DNA of 64,000 nucleotides from a bacterium (GTDB lineage: Bacteria > RBG-13-61-14 > DATKZS01). This document shows, in pieces, positions 27,010-38,200 of this stretch. The notes under the pieces are model-generated. The model was not told where the DNA came from. It searched no databases and saw nothing but the letters and a program-made list of their open reading frames with translations. The stretch's first letter is position 1; each line of letters opens with the position of its first letter. A program made the translations under genes and the position numbers. The stretch spans positions 64,001 through 128,000 of the forward strand of contig CAXXFL010000005.1 of NCBI GenBank assembly GCA_963674965.2. The letters run 5' to 3'.

Positions 27010-28884
27010 TTAGAACTCGAAGTACGCCTTTCCCGCCGCGGGGGCCCCGATGAGGAGGTCGGCGTAGCCGTCGCCGTTATAGTCGGCCATTCCCGCGATG
27101 GAGGAGCCGAATCCGTCGCCGGGCTCATCGGAGGTAATCGACCTTGCTGGAGTCATGCCGTCAAGCACGGGCCCATAGTAGAAATAACAGGTCCCCTCCC
27201 CGGGCGCGCAGACGACCAGGTCGTCGATGGCGTCCGAGTTGAGGTCTCCCGGGCCCATGATCGCCGTCCCGAAACCCGCGCCCGCGTTGACGGCGGAAAT
27301 GACCGCCCCCGCGTCGGCGTCGGTCCTTACAAGGCCGGGCTCGGCGTCGGGGGGGAAAATCACGCTGTTGCCGAAGAAAACGTAAACCGTCTCTCCACCC
27401 GCTATGGCTATATCGTTGTCCAGGTCCTCGGTATCCGCTCCCTCGAGCTTGGAGGCGGCCACGATGCTTTTGCCGAACCTCGCTCCCGGCTCCGTGCCGC
27501 GAATGACCACGTCGGCGTCCTCCGCCGCCAGGTCCAGAATAACGGGACCGTTTAGCATGGCCTCCTCCCAGTCGATCGCGCCCTCGAGGCCGCCGAAGAA
27601 AATATATACCGCGCCCGCGCCGCCGTTAAAGCCGGGCGCCCCGACGGCCACGTCGTTGATCCCGTCTCCCGATACGTCCCCCAGTGAGGCCAGGGTGAAG
27701 CCCAGACTGTCGCCGGCGTTCTCGGCCAGAATGATCGCGTCGGGCCTGGTGGCCATCCTGTCGCCTTTGAACACGTATACGGCCCCGCCTCCTCCCTTGC
27801 CGGGAGCTCCCACCATAAAGTGATACCTGGCGTCCCCGGCTTTCTCGAGGTTGAAGGCCGGACAAATCGAGGCCCCGAAGCGGTCACCGGCGCTGTCGCC
27901 CTCGATGACGAGGTCGGCGTCGGCGGTCGCATAGGCGGGATCCACGTCCTCGCCTCCATAGTACAGGTAAACCGCGCCGGCGTTGGCGGCCGCTCCGACG
28001 TCATGGCCCGGGGCGCCCACGGCGACGACGTTGTCCCCTCCGTAATTTACCAGGTACACTCCGGCGGCGGAGGACGCGAACTCCTCGGCCGGGTCCCCGG
28101 TAATGGTGGACAAGGTCCTCAGCCGGGGAATCACCCGCATCACTTTCAGCCCGTTCGGATTTTCCATCTTTTTAATCAGGTCTTCGGGTTTCTCGCCTCT
28201 CATTATCCTGGCCACGCCGGCAACCGGGTCGGCCACCAACATGTCGTATTCGTCATCGCCGTTCATATCGCCGGTGGCGGAAACCCTGGTCCCGAACCCG
28301 GGGGAGCCCGCGGTATCTCCGTCGTTGGGGTAGATGGTCACGTGAAGAATATAGCTTTGCACCGGGCCGACCACGTTGCTGAGGGGAGACTCGTGGGTCA
28401 CGTCGTCGATGGCCCTCATCGCCAGCCAGATGGAATCGCCGGGGACCAGCCGGGGAAGAAAGCTTTGCTCGAGGCTTCCCGCGTCGCTCGGATAAGGCTC
28501 GCCCACGAGCTTGTGGGCGTCTTTCCAGCGGGTAAGGAAAGCGTCCTTGACCTCGCCCGTCCATCCCCAGTCCACAAGGTCCTGGCCCTTGATATAGCGA
28601 ATGTCGTAGGCCGCGGCCCTTCCCGAGGTCCCGTCGTCGCCCTTGGCCGTCCAGGCCAGTATCCTGGTGTTGATCTCTCCAGAGGTGTCCCCCACCGTGA
28701 CCCGCGCTCCGTTCCAGTCGAGGGCGTCGTACTGGCTGAAGAAATTCACGTCCTGGATGACGCCAGGTCCGGAGTCGTCCTCCTCGAATACGCAAGAAAA
28801 CCCCATCAATAAGGCGAACTGGCACGCCGTAATCGCCACGATAAGGCAGATTTTGATTTTGTCCGGCAATGGCCTTGGTTCCAT
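27010..28884 (-). CDS. FG-GAP (integrin-alpha-like propeller) lipoprotein with an N-terminal FN3-like domain
   Basis: Lipobox-like GFSC; WTAKGDDG...YDIRY; repeated FG...GDxNGDGxxDxxVGAP; start ATG 28884 with GGGAGGG RBS. Confidence 0.85.
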   Translation of the reverse strand: MEPRPLPDKIKICLIVAITACQFALLMGFSCVFEEDDSGPGVIQDVNFFSQYDALDWNGARVTVGDTSGEINTRILAWTAKGDDGTSGRAAAYDIRYIKGQDLVDWGWTGEVKDAFLTRWKDAHKLVGEPYPSDAGSLEQSFLPRLVPGDSIWLAMRAIDDVTHESPLSNVVGPVQSYILHVTIYPNDGDTAGSPGFGTRVSATGDMNGDDEYDMLVADPVAGVARIMRGEKPEDLIKKMENPNGLKVMRVIPRLRTLSTITGDPAEEFASSAAGVYLVNYGGDNVVAVGAPGHDVGAAANAGAVYLYYGGEDVDPAYATADADLVIEGDSAGDRFGASICPAFNLEKAGDARYHFMVGAPGKGGGGAVYVFKGDRMATRPDAIILAENAGDSLGFTLASLGDVSGDGINDVAVGAPGFNGGAGAVYIFFGGLEGAIDWEEAMLNGPVILDLAAEDADVVIRGTEPGARFGKSIVAASKLEGADTEDLDNDIAIAGGETVYVFFGNSVIFPPDAEPGLVRTDADAGAVISAVNAGAGFGTAIMGPGDLNSDAIDDLVVCAPGEGTCYFYYGPVLDGMTPARSITSDEPGDGFGSSIAGMADYNGDGYADLLIGAPAAGKAYFEF

Positions 28885-29178
28885 CCGGTCCCTCCCGGCC
28901 CCGGCAAGGGCCAATGGATTGAAAGTTCGCGATACCGGGCCGGAAACCTCCAGTTGACCCGGCGGTTTCGTTCGCGCTCGATATCCTGTATTTACCCGCG
29001 AGATACAAACATTGTAATTTGAATGTTCCCCTACCGCAAGGCGGGGACCTGGGAAGTGGAGGACCCGTTTCAGTCAGGGCACTCCGGGGGCGTCCCGGAC
29101 GTTTCCGGGCACGATTTTTTCGCCTCTGTTGACAGCGTCAAGGTCCAGGTGCTAATTATTAAATAAGGAAGGTGTAAA

Positions 29179-30021
29179 ATGAGTCCCACTATTTCGACCA
29201 AAAAGAGCAAGCAAAAACGGAAACTGGCCAAATCCAACCAGGCCAAGCGCCGTGAAAAGATCATACTACTTTCCGTTATCATCGGCGGTTCGGTAAGCGT
29301 CCTTCTCCATCTGTTCATCCAGATAGGGGTCGCGTCGAGCGCCGCGGACGAGCGGGAAAGCGAGATATATTACATGCGGGCCGACCGGGTGCTGGACCTC
29401 GAGGAGGACGCGGCCAAGTTCGAGCGCGAGCTTCGAGTGGCCAAGAACGCCTCGACGGAAAACACCGCCGGCTTGAAAAGGGCCAAGGAGTTCGAGCGCC
29501 GCCGGGCGCTGGACCCGGCCTTCGCCGTGACCGATTTCGAGAAGAACATGCTCGAGATGCAGCGGATCGGCCAGGACCCGAGCGTTGCTCCCAACGAGGC
29601 TTTGGAGCGCATAGCCAAGCTGGCGAGCCCCCCCAAGTCGGGAGTGGGCGTGTTCGAGGACGGGGAGGGCCTTTACCGGGTCGAGGTCGCCTTCCCCTAC
29701 GGCAAGGTGGTGGAGGACAACGCCAGGATAGAAAAGGACCTTGACGGCATATACCTCCAGGTGCGCCGCGAGGCCGCGGGCATAGCGCGGGACATTCTTG
29801 CCTTTGGCGCCGGCCGCGGGGTCACGGGCGTGACGGTCAGTTGCCAGGACAACGTGACTATCAAGGGGCGGGAAAAGGACAAGCGCAAGGAGCGCCGGGA
29901 CATGTACATTATCTCGGCCGTCCCCGGCGGTCTGGACTGGTCGGCCATGAGCAGGGGCGAGGCGGAGAAGGCCTGCAAAAAGGTACGGGACGTGTTCCCC
30001 CGCATGTTGAAGAACCGTTGA
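29179..30021 (+). CDS. Hypothetical bitopic membrane protein
   Basis: Basic N-terminus, one TM helix, coiled coil, globular C-terminal domain; AAGGAAGG RBS and upstream TTGACA. Confidence 0.75.
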   Translation: MSPTISTKKSKQKRKLAKSNQAKRREKIILLSVIIGGSVSVLLHLFIQIGVASSAADERESEIYYMRADRVLDLEEDAAKFERELRVAKNASTENTAGLKRAKEFERRRALDPAFAVTDFEKNMLEMQRIGQDPSVAPNEALERIAKLASPPKSGVGVFEDGEGLYRVEVAFPYGKVVEDNARIEKDLDGIYLQVRREAAGIARDILAFGAGRGVTGVTVSCQDNVTIKGREKDKRKERRDMYIISAVPGGLDWSAMSRGEAEKACKKVRDVFPRMLKNR

Positions 30022-30031
30022 GGTATGCAAG

Positions 30032-30568
30032 ATGATTCAGCGATTGATCGGCGTAATTGTGACCATTCTAATTCTGCACGCGGCCATAGGCATATTCTTT
30101 CTCCTGAGGAACGAGAGCAATAAGACGGAGCATCAGGAATACGTCAAGGAGACGCGCTACGCCTGGGAGGCGGAGGACGCCGACCGGAGAAGAGAGCAGG
30201 AAAGAAGGCTGCGCGAGGAATACGGGACCAATGATATAGATCGCGTGGCTTACGACCCCAAGCTTTCGCTCCCGGTTTCGGTGAGAAAGCTCTTCGAGGC
30301 GGTCATGCCCTCCGAGTACGACTTGGAGGTCCGGGTCCACCGTTTCACCGAGGTCGAGGTTTTCGTGAACGTTTACAACATGCCTCAGGCCCCGGTGCTG
30401 GCGGGGTACTTAAAGGAAGTGTTTTCCCGGATAGACCCGGATTTGGTTTACATGGTCATCTTCACGGATGGAGACCGTTTCAGGATCGTCACCAACGAGA
30501 TGCTCACGGCGGTGGACGACTGGCAAACCGCCGACGTGGAGGAAATCAAGAGGCACTGCCTCCCCTGA
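30032..30568 (+). CDS. Hypothetical membrane-anchored protein, possible distant paralog of the upstream gene
   Basis: N-terminal TM helix, GAGG RBS, 10-bp gap to the upstream gene. Confidence 0.75.
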   Translation: MIQRLIGVIVTILILHAAIGIFFLLRNESNKTEHQEYVKETRYAWEAEDADRRREQERRLREEYGTNDIDRVAYDPKLSLPVSVRKLFEAVMPSEYDLEVRVHRFTEVEVFVNVYNMPQAPVLAGYLKEVFSRIDPDLVYMVIFTDGDRFRIVTNEMLTAVDDWQTADVEEIKRHCLP

Positions 30569-30598
30569 AGCTTTGCTTTTATTATAAGGGCGGAGCGG

Positions 30599-32491
30599 TC
30601 AGCCCTCATCTCTTTTGGTCAAATAGTAGTCCTCGATTATTTGCCTGGCGATAACTCCGGCGATGGCCCCTCCCGACCCGCCGTGCTCGACCATCACCAC
30701 CATGGCTATCCTCGGGGCCTCGGCGGGCGCGTAGGCTATAAACCAGGCGTGGTCCCTGTATTTATAAGGCACCTCCTCGATCGGTCTCCCCTGGTACCTC
30801 TTGGAAACCTCGGCCGTTCCCGTTTTGCCGGCGATCCTGATAAGGTCGCTATGGGCGTGTTTTCTCGCGGTGCCTTTCGGGTCCTCGACGACCATCTCCA
30901 TGGACGTCCTGAGCACCCTGGCCGTGCCGGGCCCGTAAAGTTCCCCGGTAAGAGCCTGGGGCTTATAAACGCTGACGGGCTCGTTTCTGGCGTTCTCGAA
31001 GTGATGTATAAGCTGGGGCTTCATTATCACGCCGTCGTTGGCCGCGGCCGCTGGGATGAGAACGGCCTGGAGCGGCGTGATCAGCATCCATCCCTGCCCA
31101 ATGGACACGTGGAGAGTCTCCCCCGGGTACCAGGGCTTGTTGAAGCGGGCGCGTTTCCATTCCTTGTCCGGAATCAAGCCCGAGCGCTCTCCCTCCAGTC
31201 CTATGCCCACCTCTTTTCCCAGTCCGAACTTTCGCGACCACTCGGAAATTTTATCTATCCCGAGTTTTTCTCCCAGCATGTAGAAGTACACGTCGCAAGA
31301 TTCGGTCAGGGCCCGATAAAGGTCCAGGCTTCCGTGGCCGTATTTGTTCCAGCACCCGAACCTCGTGTCCTTAATCGTGTAATATCCTTCGCATTTGAAG
31401 GTGGTCGTGGGCCTTATTACCTGTTCCTCCAGCCCGGCGGCGGCCATCACTATCTTGAATATGGACCCGGGCGGGTATGCCCCCGCTATGGCCCTGTTGA
31501 GAAGGGGCTTCTCGGGGGAATCGGCCAGGCTTTTCCAGTCCTCCGGCGACACCTTGCTCTCGAAGATTTTGGGGTCGTATCCGGGCGAACTGAGGAGGGC
31601 CAGTATTTCTCCCGTCTTGACGTCCACTACGACCACGCTTCCTCTTTTTCCCTCCATGTGCCCGGCGGCTATGCGCTGAAGCTCGAGGTCGATGGTAAGG
31701 ACGACGGAATTTCCCGGAGAAACTGGTCGGGACATTTCCTCGAGTTCCCTGATTCTCTTGGAGTAGTCCAGTCTTCCCGGCAGTCCTCCGGTCCCGGCCT
31801 CGGTCGAAAGGTCCCTTCCCCTGGCGTCCACCAGTTTGAAGGCCACTCCGGCCCATCCATGCAGGGTCCTTTCCATGGTCCTCTCGACGCCGGTCCTGCC
31901 CACCCTGTCACCCGGCCTGTAGCCGGCGAACTCGGGGGACGTGAGCATCTCGGGCGTGATCTCGCCCATGTATCCCAGGACGTGGCTCACGAAGGGAGCG
32001 GAATCCTCGTAGTACTTGCGGACGGGATACTCCTCGACGCTGACGCCGGGCATGGCTATCTTGTTCTCCTCCACCCGGAGGAGAGTAACCGGGCTTATAT
32101 CCTCGGCGACCTTCACGGCGATGAAGGGAGACCAGGCGCGGTTCTTTTTGATCCTGGCCCTCAGTTCCGAGGTGGTCGAGTCCAGTATTCCCGCCAGCTT
32201 CTGGACGGAGGCGTCGGTGAGGTCAGCCGGCACGACCATGACGTTGCATCCCTGGCGCACGTCGGCCAGCACCCCGTGGTTTCTGTCGTAGATTTTGCCC
32301 CTGTTGGCCGGGACCCTGACCGACCGAATCTGATTCTCGTTGGCGTATACGTTCCACAGGTCCCGCTGCACCACCTGCAGAATCCAGAACCTGATGACTA
32401 GCAGCCCGAAGGCCCCCAGCGCGAGGTAGAGCCACACGGTCAGCCTGTTCCTGAGGATTTGTCTCTCGAGCTCGCTTAAGTGGAGGGCCAT
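30599..32491 (-). CDS. mrdA: Penicillin-binding protein 2
   Basis: RGKIYDRN, YPPGSIFK (SxxK), SCD, KTGT; follows mreD. Confidence 0.96.
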   Translation of the reverse strand: MALHLSELERQILRNRLTVWLYLALGAFGLLVIRFWILQVVQRDLWNVYANENQIRSVRVPANRGKIYDRNHGVLADVRQGCNVMVVPADLTDASVQKLAGILDSTTSELRARIKKNRAWSPFIAVKVAEDISPVTLLRVEENKIAMPGVSVEEYPVRKYYEDSAPFVSHVLGYMGEITPEMLTSPEFAGYRPGDRVGRTGVERTMERTLHGWAGVAFKLVDARGRDLSTEAGTGGLPGRLDYSKRIRELEEMSRPVSPGNSVVLTIDLELQRIAAGHMEGKRGSVVVVDVKTGEILALLSSPGYDPKIFESKVSPEDWKSLADSPEKPLLNRAIAGAYPPGSIFKIVMAAAGLEEQVIRPTTTFKCEGYYTIKDTRFGCWNKYGHGSLDLYRALTESCDVYFYMLGEKLGIDKISEWSRKFGLGKEVGIGLEGERSGLIPDKEWKRARFNKPWYPGETLHVSIGQGWMLITPLQAVLIPAAAANDGVIMKPQLIHHFENARNEPVSVYKPQALTGELYGPGTARVLRTSMEMVVEDPKGTARKHAHSDLIRIAGKTGTAEVSKRYQGRPIEEVPYKYRDHAWFIAYAPAEAPRIAMVVMVEHGGSGGAIAGVIARQIIEDYYLTKRDEG

Positions 32492-32501
32492 GATTATCCT
32501 C

Positions 32502-33008
32502 CTATACCGCCGGTCCTTTTCGTCTTTCGACGAAGCCGGGTATAAGCAGGAAAGGATAGTAGATAATCGGGGTTAAGGCCGCGTTAATAAAGGTCCCGCA
32601 CAGCACCAGGGCGACGAACCTGGGAGTTATCTGGTAAGGGTCCCCGAACACGAGGGCCAGGACCAGTATCATGACCCTGTCCAAGGCGCCCAGAAGCAGG
32701 GCCATTGAAAACTTGGCAAGGGAGGCGTCCGGGCTGAGTTTTCCCTTCAGCAAGTAGGCCCCGATAAAAATGGCGACCCTGGCGAACATGTGAAGGCCCG
32801 CCACGTCGGCCGAGAACACGTCCTGGAGGAAGCCCAGGCCAAAGCTCATAATGGCCCCATGGACGGGGTCCTTGTAAATCCCGATGATGACGACCATGAC
32901 GAAGATGAAGTCCACCATCATCTTGTCCCCGGCGAAGCGGGCCATGGTGGTCTGTATCACGATCATGGCGAAGGCCAGGGCGCCCACCCACAGGTACTGC
33001 TTGATCAT
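32502..33008 (-). CDS. mreD: Rod shape-determining protein MreD
   Basis: Multi-TM protein with GLGFLQD, located between mreC and mrdA. Confidence 0.85.
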   Translation of the reverse strand: MIKQYLWVGALAFAMIVIQTTMARFAGDKMMVDFIFVMVVIIGIYKDPVHGAIMSFGLGFLQDVFSADVAGLHMFARVAIFIGAYLLKGKLSPDASLAKFSMALLLGALDRVMILVLALVFGDPYQITPRFVALVLCGTFINAALTPIIYYPFLLIPGFVERRKGPAV

Positions 33009-33868
33009 GGGGCCTCCTGGCGGGGGATAATGACCATGACCTCCTCCAGCCGCGAGAAGTCCACCACCGGTTTGACCCTTATCTTCCTCCTGAAGGTGGC
33101 CTCGTCAAGGGTCACGTCCATGACCCTGCCCACCGGCCATCCCTTGAGGAAAACGCCGCCCGCGCCGGAGGATATAAGCAGGTCGCCGACCTTGAGGTCG
33201 TCCTGCTGGTTGGTGTAGAGCCACTCGGCCTCGTCCGTCTCGGGTCTTCCCGCCACCACTCCCCAGGCGCGGCTTGACTCCCTTTGATCGATAACGCCCA
33301 CCCGGCTTCTGCGGTCGATGATTAACAGCACCTGGCTCGAGCCCAGCCCGATACCCGACCCGGTCTCGTCGAGAATCTGGCCTACCAGGGCGCTGTCGTA
33401 GGTGATGACCGCCATCCGCGGCCTCACGCCGTCGCGGGACCCCTTGTCAATGGTGATTGTCTTGTTCAGTCCGCCCATGTTTCTGGCGATAACCTCGGCG
33501 GGTATCCAACTCTTGATGTCCTCCCGAGGCTTGAAGTTGAGCATGCGGCGAAGCCGCTCGTTCTCTATGGCCTGCTCGCGAAGCCGGTAGTTTTTTCTCC
33601 TTGCCTCCTCGAGTTCCCTCTTAAGGCGCTTGTTCTCGTCCTCTATGCCGATGAGGAAAACGTACTTACTGAAGCGGTCGCCAACGCCGTTTTGCATTCC
33701 CGTTACCGACTCCTGGCACCATCCCATGGCGGATATGATGGACCGGGAGAAAAAGCTGACCTTTTTGTTCCTGGATGAATTCATGGAAAGGGTAATAAAG
33801 GACGCTAAAAGGAGGGCCGTCGGAACGACGACGTTTTGATATCTTCTGAACCATTCTATGAAAAGCAT
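33005..33868 (-). CDS. mreC: Rod shape-determining protein MreC
   Basis: ENERLRRML, IDKGSRDGV, SSGAGGVF, VDFSRLEEV. Confidence 0.94.
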   Translation of the reverse strand: MLFIEWFRRYQNVVVPTALLLASFITLSMNSSRNKKVSFFSRSIISAMGWCQESVTGMQNGVGDRFSKYVFLIGIEDENKRLKRELEEARRKNYRLREQAIENERLRRMLNFKPREDIKSWIPAEVIARNMGGLNKTITIDKGSRDGVRPRMAVITYDSALVGQILDETGSGIGLGSSQVLLIIDRRSRVGVIDQRESSRAWGVVAGRPETDEAEWLYTNQQDDLKVGDLLISSGAGGVFLKGWPVGRVMDVTLDEATFRRKIRVKPVVDFSRLEEVMVIIPRQEAP

Positions 33869-33910
33869 GTCGGCACCAGGGCGGGGCGAGGCTTACCTTT
33901 CCCCTCGGTA

Positions 33911-34948
33911 TCAGTCGATCTCAATGGCCTCTAGCAAGGCGTCGTCGTCAAGGGCCTTGCCGGCCCCCAGGCAGACGCAGCAGAGCGGGTCCTCCGCCAG
34001 CATGACGGGCAGCCCCGTCTCCTCCCTGAGCAGAACGTCCATGTGCGAGAGAATACCGCCGCCTCCGGCGAGCACGATGCCCTTGTCCACGATGTCGGAG
34101 GCCAGCTCGGGTGGCGTGCGCTCGAGGGCCTGCCTGACCGTGTCCACTATGGCGTTGATGGTCTCGGACAAGGCCTCGAGGACCTCCTCCGAGCTGACCT
34201 CGATGGTCTTGGGTATGCCCGCCACCAGGTCCCTTCCCTTCACCTCGACCCTCTTTACGGGCGCCGAGGGGTGCGCCACGCCGATCCTAGTTTTGATGTC
34301 CTCGGCCGTGCGCTCGCCGATAAGCAGGTTATATTTGCGCTTGATATATTGAACGATGGCCTCGTCCATCTTGTCGCCCGCTATGCGCACCGACTGGCTG
34401 AAGACGATCCCCGACAGGGAGATCACCGCCACCTCGGTGGTGCCGCCGCCTATATCGACCACCATGTTTCCCGAGGGCTCGCTGATGGGAAGGCCCGAGC
34501 CTATGGCCGCGGCCATGGGCTCCTCGATCAGGTGGACCTTGCTGGCCCCCGCGCTGATGGCGGACTCGCGAACGGCGCGCTTCTCCACCTCGGTAATGCC
34601 GAAGGGAACGCAAATGACGATGCGGGGCCGAACGAAGCTGTTGCGGTGATGGGCCTTTTTAATAAAATACCTGAGCATGGACTCGGTGATCATAAAGTCG
34701 GCGATGACGCCGTCCTTCATGGGACGTATGGCCTGGATGCTGCCGGGCGTCCGGCCGAGCATGTCCTTGGCGTACTCCCCCACGGCCAGGACCTCGTCCC
34801 GACCGGTCCTGGGGTGCTTATGCACGGCCACGACCGAGGGCTCGTTGATCACGATGCCCTTGCCCCTGACGAAAACGAGGGTGTTGGCCGTGCCCAGGTC
34901 TATTGCCAGGTCATGCGTAAAAAGTGAAAATAAGCGGCCCAATACCAT
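33911..34948 (-). CDS. mreB: Actin-like MreB
   Basis: [36 protein letters not shown]. Confidence 0.98.
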   Translation of the reverse strand: MVLGRLFSLFTHDLAIDLGTANTLVFVRGKGIVINEPSVVAVHKHPRTGRDEVLAVGEYAKDMLGRTPGSIQAIRPMKDGVIADFMITESMLRYFIKKAHHRNSFVRPRIVICVPFGITEVEKRAVRESAISAGASKVHLIEEPMAAAIGSGLPISEPSGNMVVDIGGGTTEVAVISLSGIVFSQSVRIAGDKMDEAIVQYIKRKYNLLIGERTAEDIKTRIGVAHPSAPVKRVEVKGRDLVAGIPKTIEVSSEEVLEALSETINAIVDTVRQALERTPPELASDIVDKGIVLAGGGGILSHMDVLLREETGLPVMLAEDPLCCVCLGAGKALDDDALLEAIEID

Positions 34949-35057
34949 TTTTATTTGACCTTTGGAACCTCGTTACTTGAAGCGGGGCCCGCCGGGACGA
35001 GCCTGACCGCCCGCGGGAGCAAGCCGCGAATTTATCCCCCAACTATCCAAGTTATTA

Positions 35058-35086
35058 ATCATAACAAAAAGGAAGGGTTAACACAA
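35058..35086 (-). promoter_or_regulatory. Sigma70-type promoter for mreBCD-mrdA
   Basis: Minus strand TTGTGT-17 nt-TATGAT with an extended -10 TG. Confidence 0.6.
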
Positions 35087-35213
35087 TCCCGAGATTGTTT
35101 CTCGGCTTCAGCGTTCACCTCCGGCCATGTTGCCCGAAGACTATTGGCGGCCGGCGAGAAAAAAAGTCCCGACGCCGATAGGCCGGCGCCGGGACTTTCC
35201 AAATATTCGAGGC

Positions 35214-38200
35214 TCAAGCCTTTTGTTTTTTCGCCGCCACTCTGAAGGCCAGGATCAGGATGAGGGGAAGGGCGAAAATAGCTATCTGGACGAACGCTTT
35301 CATACTGTCGCTTTTGCCCAGGGAGAAATCTTTCCCCATCTGGCACATGAGGTAGGACTGTCCCTTCCTGAGGGCGTAGCCTATATGGTCGAGTTTTCTC
35401 ATGTCGTAGTAGGTGTTCGGCGCGGATTGCTCCATTTTTTTATATTGATTGAAGAACATGCCGTAAACGGGATAATTGTAATCGTCGAGACCCGCGTCGA
35501 CCACGGTTGGGTGCGCGTAGGCCCAGGCGTCGCCCGACGAGAGCAGGATGCCCAGGTCCACCGCCGTGGGCCACACCAGGGGCGGAATGTCTCCCCTCAG
35601 GTTTTCCCAGTTCACCCCGTCCAGGGACCGGGCCACTCCCACGTTAACGTCGGCGCTATACGACTCGTCAATGCCTTTCTTTTCCGTGTCCATGAGGCCG
35701 GTGAAGAACATCAGGTACATCGTTCCGTCGCCGTCCGGGCTGGTGGTGGTTTTGATCTCCGGGCTGTAGGCCCCGTCATAATTGGTTTCCGGCTTGAGGC
35801 TTACGCTGATGAGGTCGCCCAGGTCGCCCAGGTCGATGGCGAAGTCGAAGTTGCCGGCGCACTGTTGCCCCACGTCGAGCACGGGCTTGGACCTGTAGTT
35901 CCAGCAGTTCCTCCAGGCCATGGGGTCCGTCTCGTTATTTCGCAGGCAATGTATGTCCGCCGTGGCCAAGCCGATCCTCGGGGCCAGCATGACGCCGTTA
36001 TCGTTGTCAACCGCGTTGGCGAAGTCCTCGTAGGACAGCATGGGCTCGCGGTAATAGATCGAGGTTTCTTCCCTTATCGCGTTCTGCTCGTCGTCCACCT
36101 TATATTTTATTTCCTTGTCTCCCCAGAAACCGTCAAGACCAACCCGGTGACACTCTCCCAAGCCGGCGAGGGCCCCTTTCGACTCCCGGAAGGGATCGGG
36201 AATGGTTTCCCATCCGAAGCCGGTGTAATAAAGATAAATATTGTTGCCGCGCACTATGGCGTCGGACCCGAAGGTTTGGTAGGCGTCGAATCCCGTAAAC
36301 TCGCCGTCGTCAAGATCGGCCAGATCGCCGGGATCGTACAACTGGCTGTCGTTGTAAAGAGCGATGGTGTTGGCTCGGCCGTCTTCTCCTGAAACCACGC
36401 ACGGATAATCGGGCTTTCCGGTCCCGATCCAGGAGTTGAGTATGTCGTCGCCCAAGGCGTAGCTGTTGACCACCCCGTCGGCGCCCGCGTTAATCTTGAC
36501 GACTCCGTCCCCATACCGCCGTATCTCGTCGGCCAGGGCGTAAGTCTGAAGGGTCCCGTCAACGCCGGAGTCGATGATGGGCCATCCCCGGCTCTTGTTG
36601 TTCGGGTCGGTCGATCCCTTGTTAAAGCCTATGATTTGATCGTCGCCGGCCCCCACGCAGCTTTGATTGATGCCGTTTCGGCCCGTGGTAACGTGGAACC
36701 CTTCATCGGCGCTCCATTTGATCTTGTCGTCGAACCTGACGCCGTAATCCTTGTAAACCACGTACTCGACCCACACCTCGCCGTTAAGGTCGTCCTGGAC
36801 CTCCTCGGCCATCATGGTGTAGCAGGGCTGCTCGATGACGTCTCCATATTGTTCCCACATGTTGAAAAGGTCCTCGCCCCTGTCAACCTCCATCCTGTGG
36901 TTGATGGTGTAACTCTGGAAATAGCCGTTCTCTCCGGGACAAATTCCTATGCCCTGGCCGGTGAAACAGAACTCGTCGTCATATCGGGAATAGTAATCGA
37001 CCTTGGCGGGAAAAGCCCGGATCAGGGGCTCGTACCCGCCGGGCGGAACGGCCCACTCCAGGTCCATCTGCGACGGAGAATTGACGTACATGGGCCAGAC
37101 GGTCATGATTCTATTCGAGCGTTTCACCACCGGCATGTTGATCACGGGGGGCACCACCGAGCGCATATCGATGGTGATTTCTATGCCCGGGCATATGGCG
37201 CTGTTCCCGTCCATGGTCTCGCAGCGATGATCGCCTCCCAATACGTACTCGAAATTCTGAATGTCCATGATGGTATAAGACCACATGACCGTGTAGCCCT
37301 CGGCCACGTCCACCAGGGTGTCCAGAATTCCATTGTCGCCGGCGCCGATACAAACGACTTCCCTTTCCGGGAAATCGGGCATCGATCCGAGAATGGGGGC
37401 CAGAAAGGGAGTCCATAGAGGAGGATATGGGTAAGAAGAGGGGCTGTGCTGGGGGTCGATACATCTCGTGATGGCGTCGTCGCCAGCGATGTTCAAATAA
37501 ATGTCGTCCCATCCGAACTTTCCGTCGTTGCCCGGGCAAATGGCCGCGACCGTGCCGCCGTCCGCGGGCCTTCCCAGGCACAGCTCGTCGTCGCCCTTCC
37601 ACTTCTTCAGGACGTTATCGACCGTCTGAAGCTTGCCGTCGCCGCCGGCCTCGATCGAGACCGGCTCTTCCCCGGTGCGGGGGTCGATGGGCACGCCCAG
37701 GGCGCACTTGTCGAAGTTTTCTCCCATCTCCAGAAACGCGCAGTTCTGCTCCCTTAAATACTTGGTCGGGTACAATGACTCGCCGTCAACCAGGAAGCTC
37801 GCCTCGTTCCATCGGTCGTCTCCGAAAAGGAACCCGCTCTGGTTGGAGCCTCCCAGGGGCTGGAGCGCCCGCACCGTGGCCCCGGCTACCAAGTCGTGAA
37901 GCATGGGATTGTCGGGATTGGCCGGCCCATAGAACTCGACGGAGTTGAAGTATTGGTCGTCCGCCATGAGAGGATGGGGCCAAACCTGATATCTATTCAG
38001 GTCGCCATCGTAATAAAGTACTCTTGGTATCCTGTCGTAAGCCTGGTACTTGGGCGCGAAATAGGTGTTGATTATTCCGTCGGCCCCGGCGTAAATGGTC
38101 CTTCCCTCCTCCACGTCCACCAGGGCGCTGGACTCGAGCCATTGGTTGGAACCGAAAGTGACTGCCGGCAGGCCGGGATATGCCGAGGGAGTAGTGGTCC

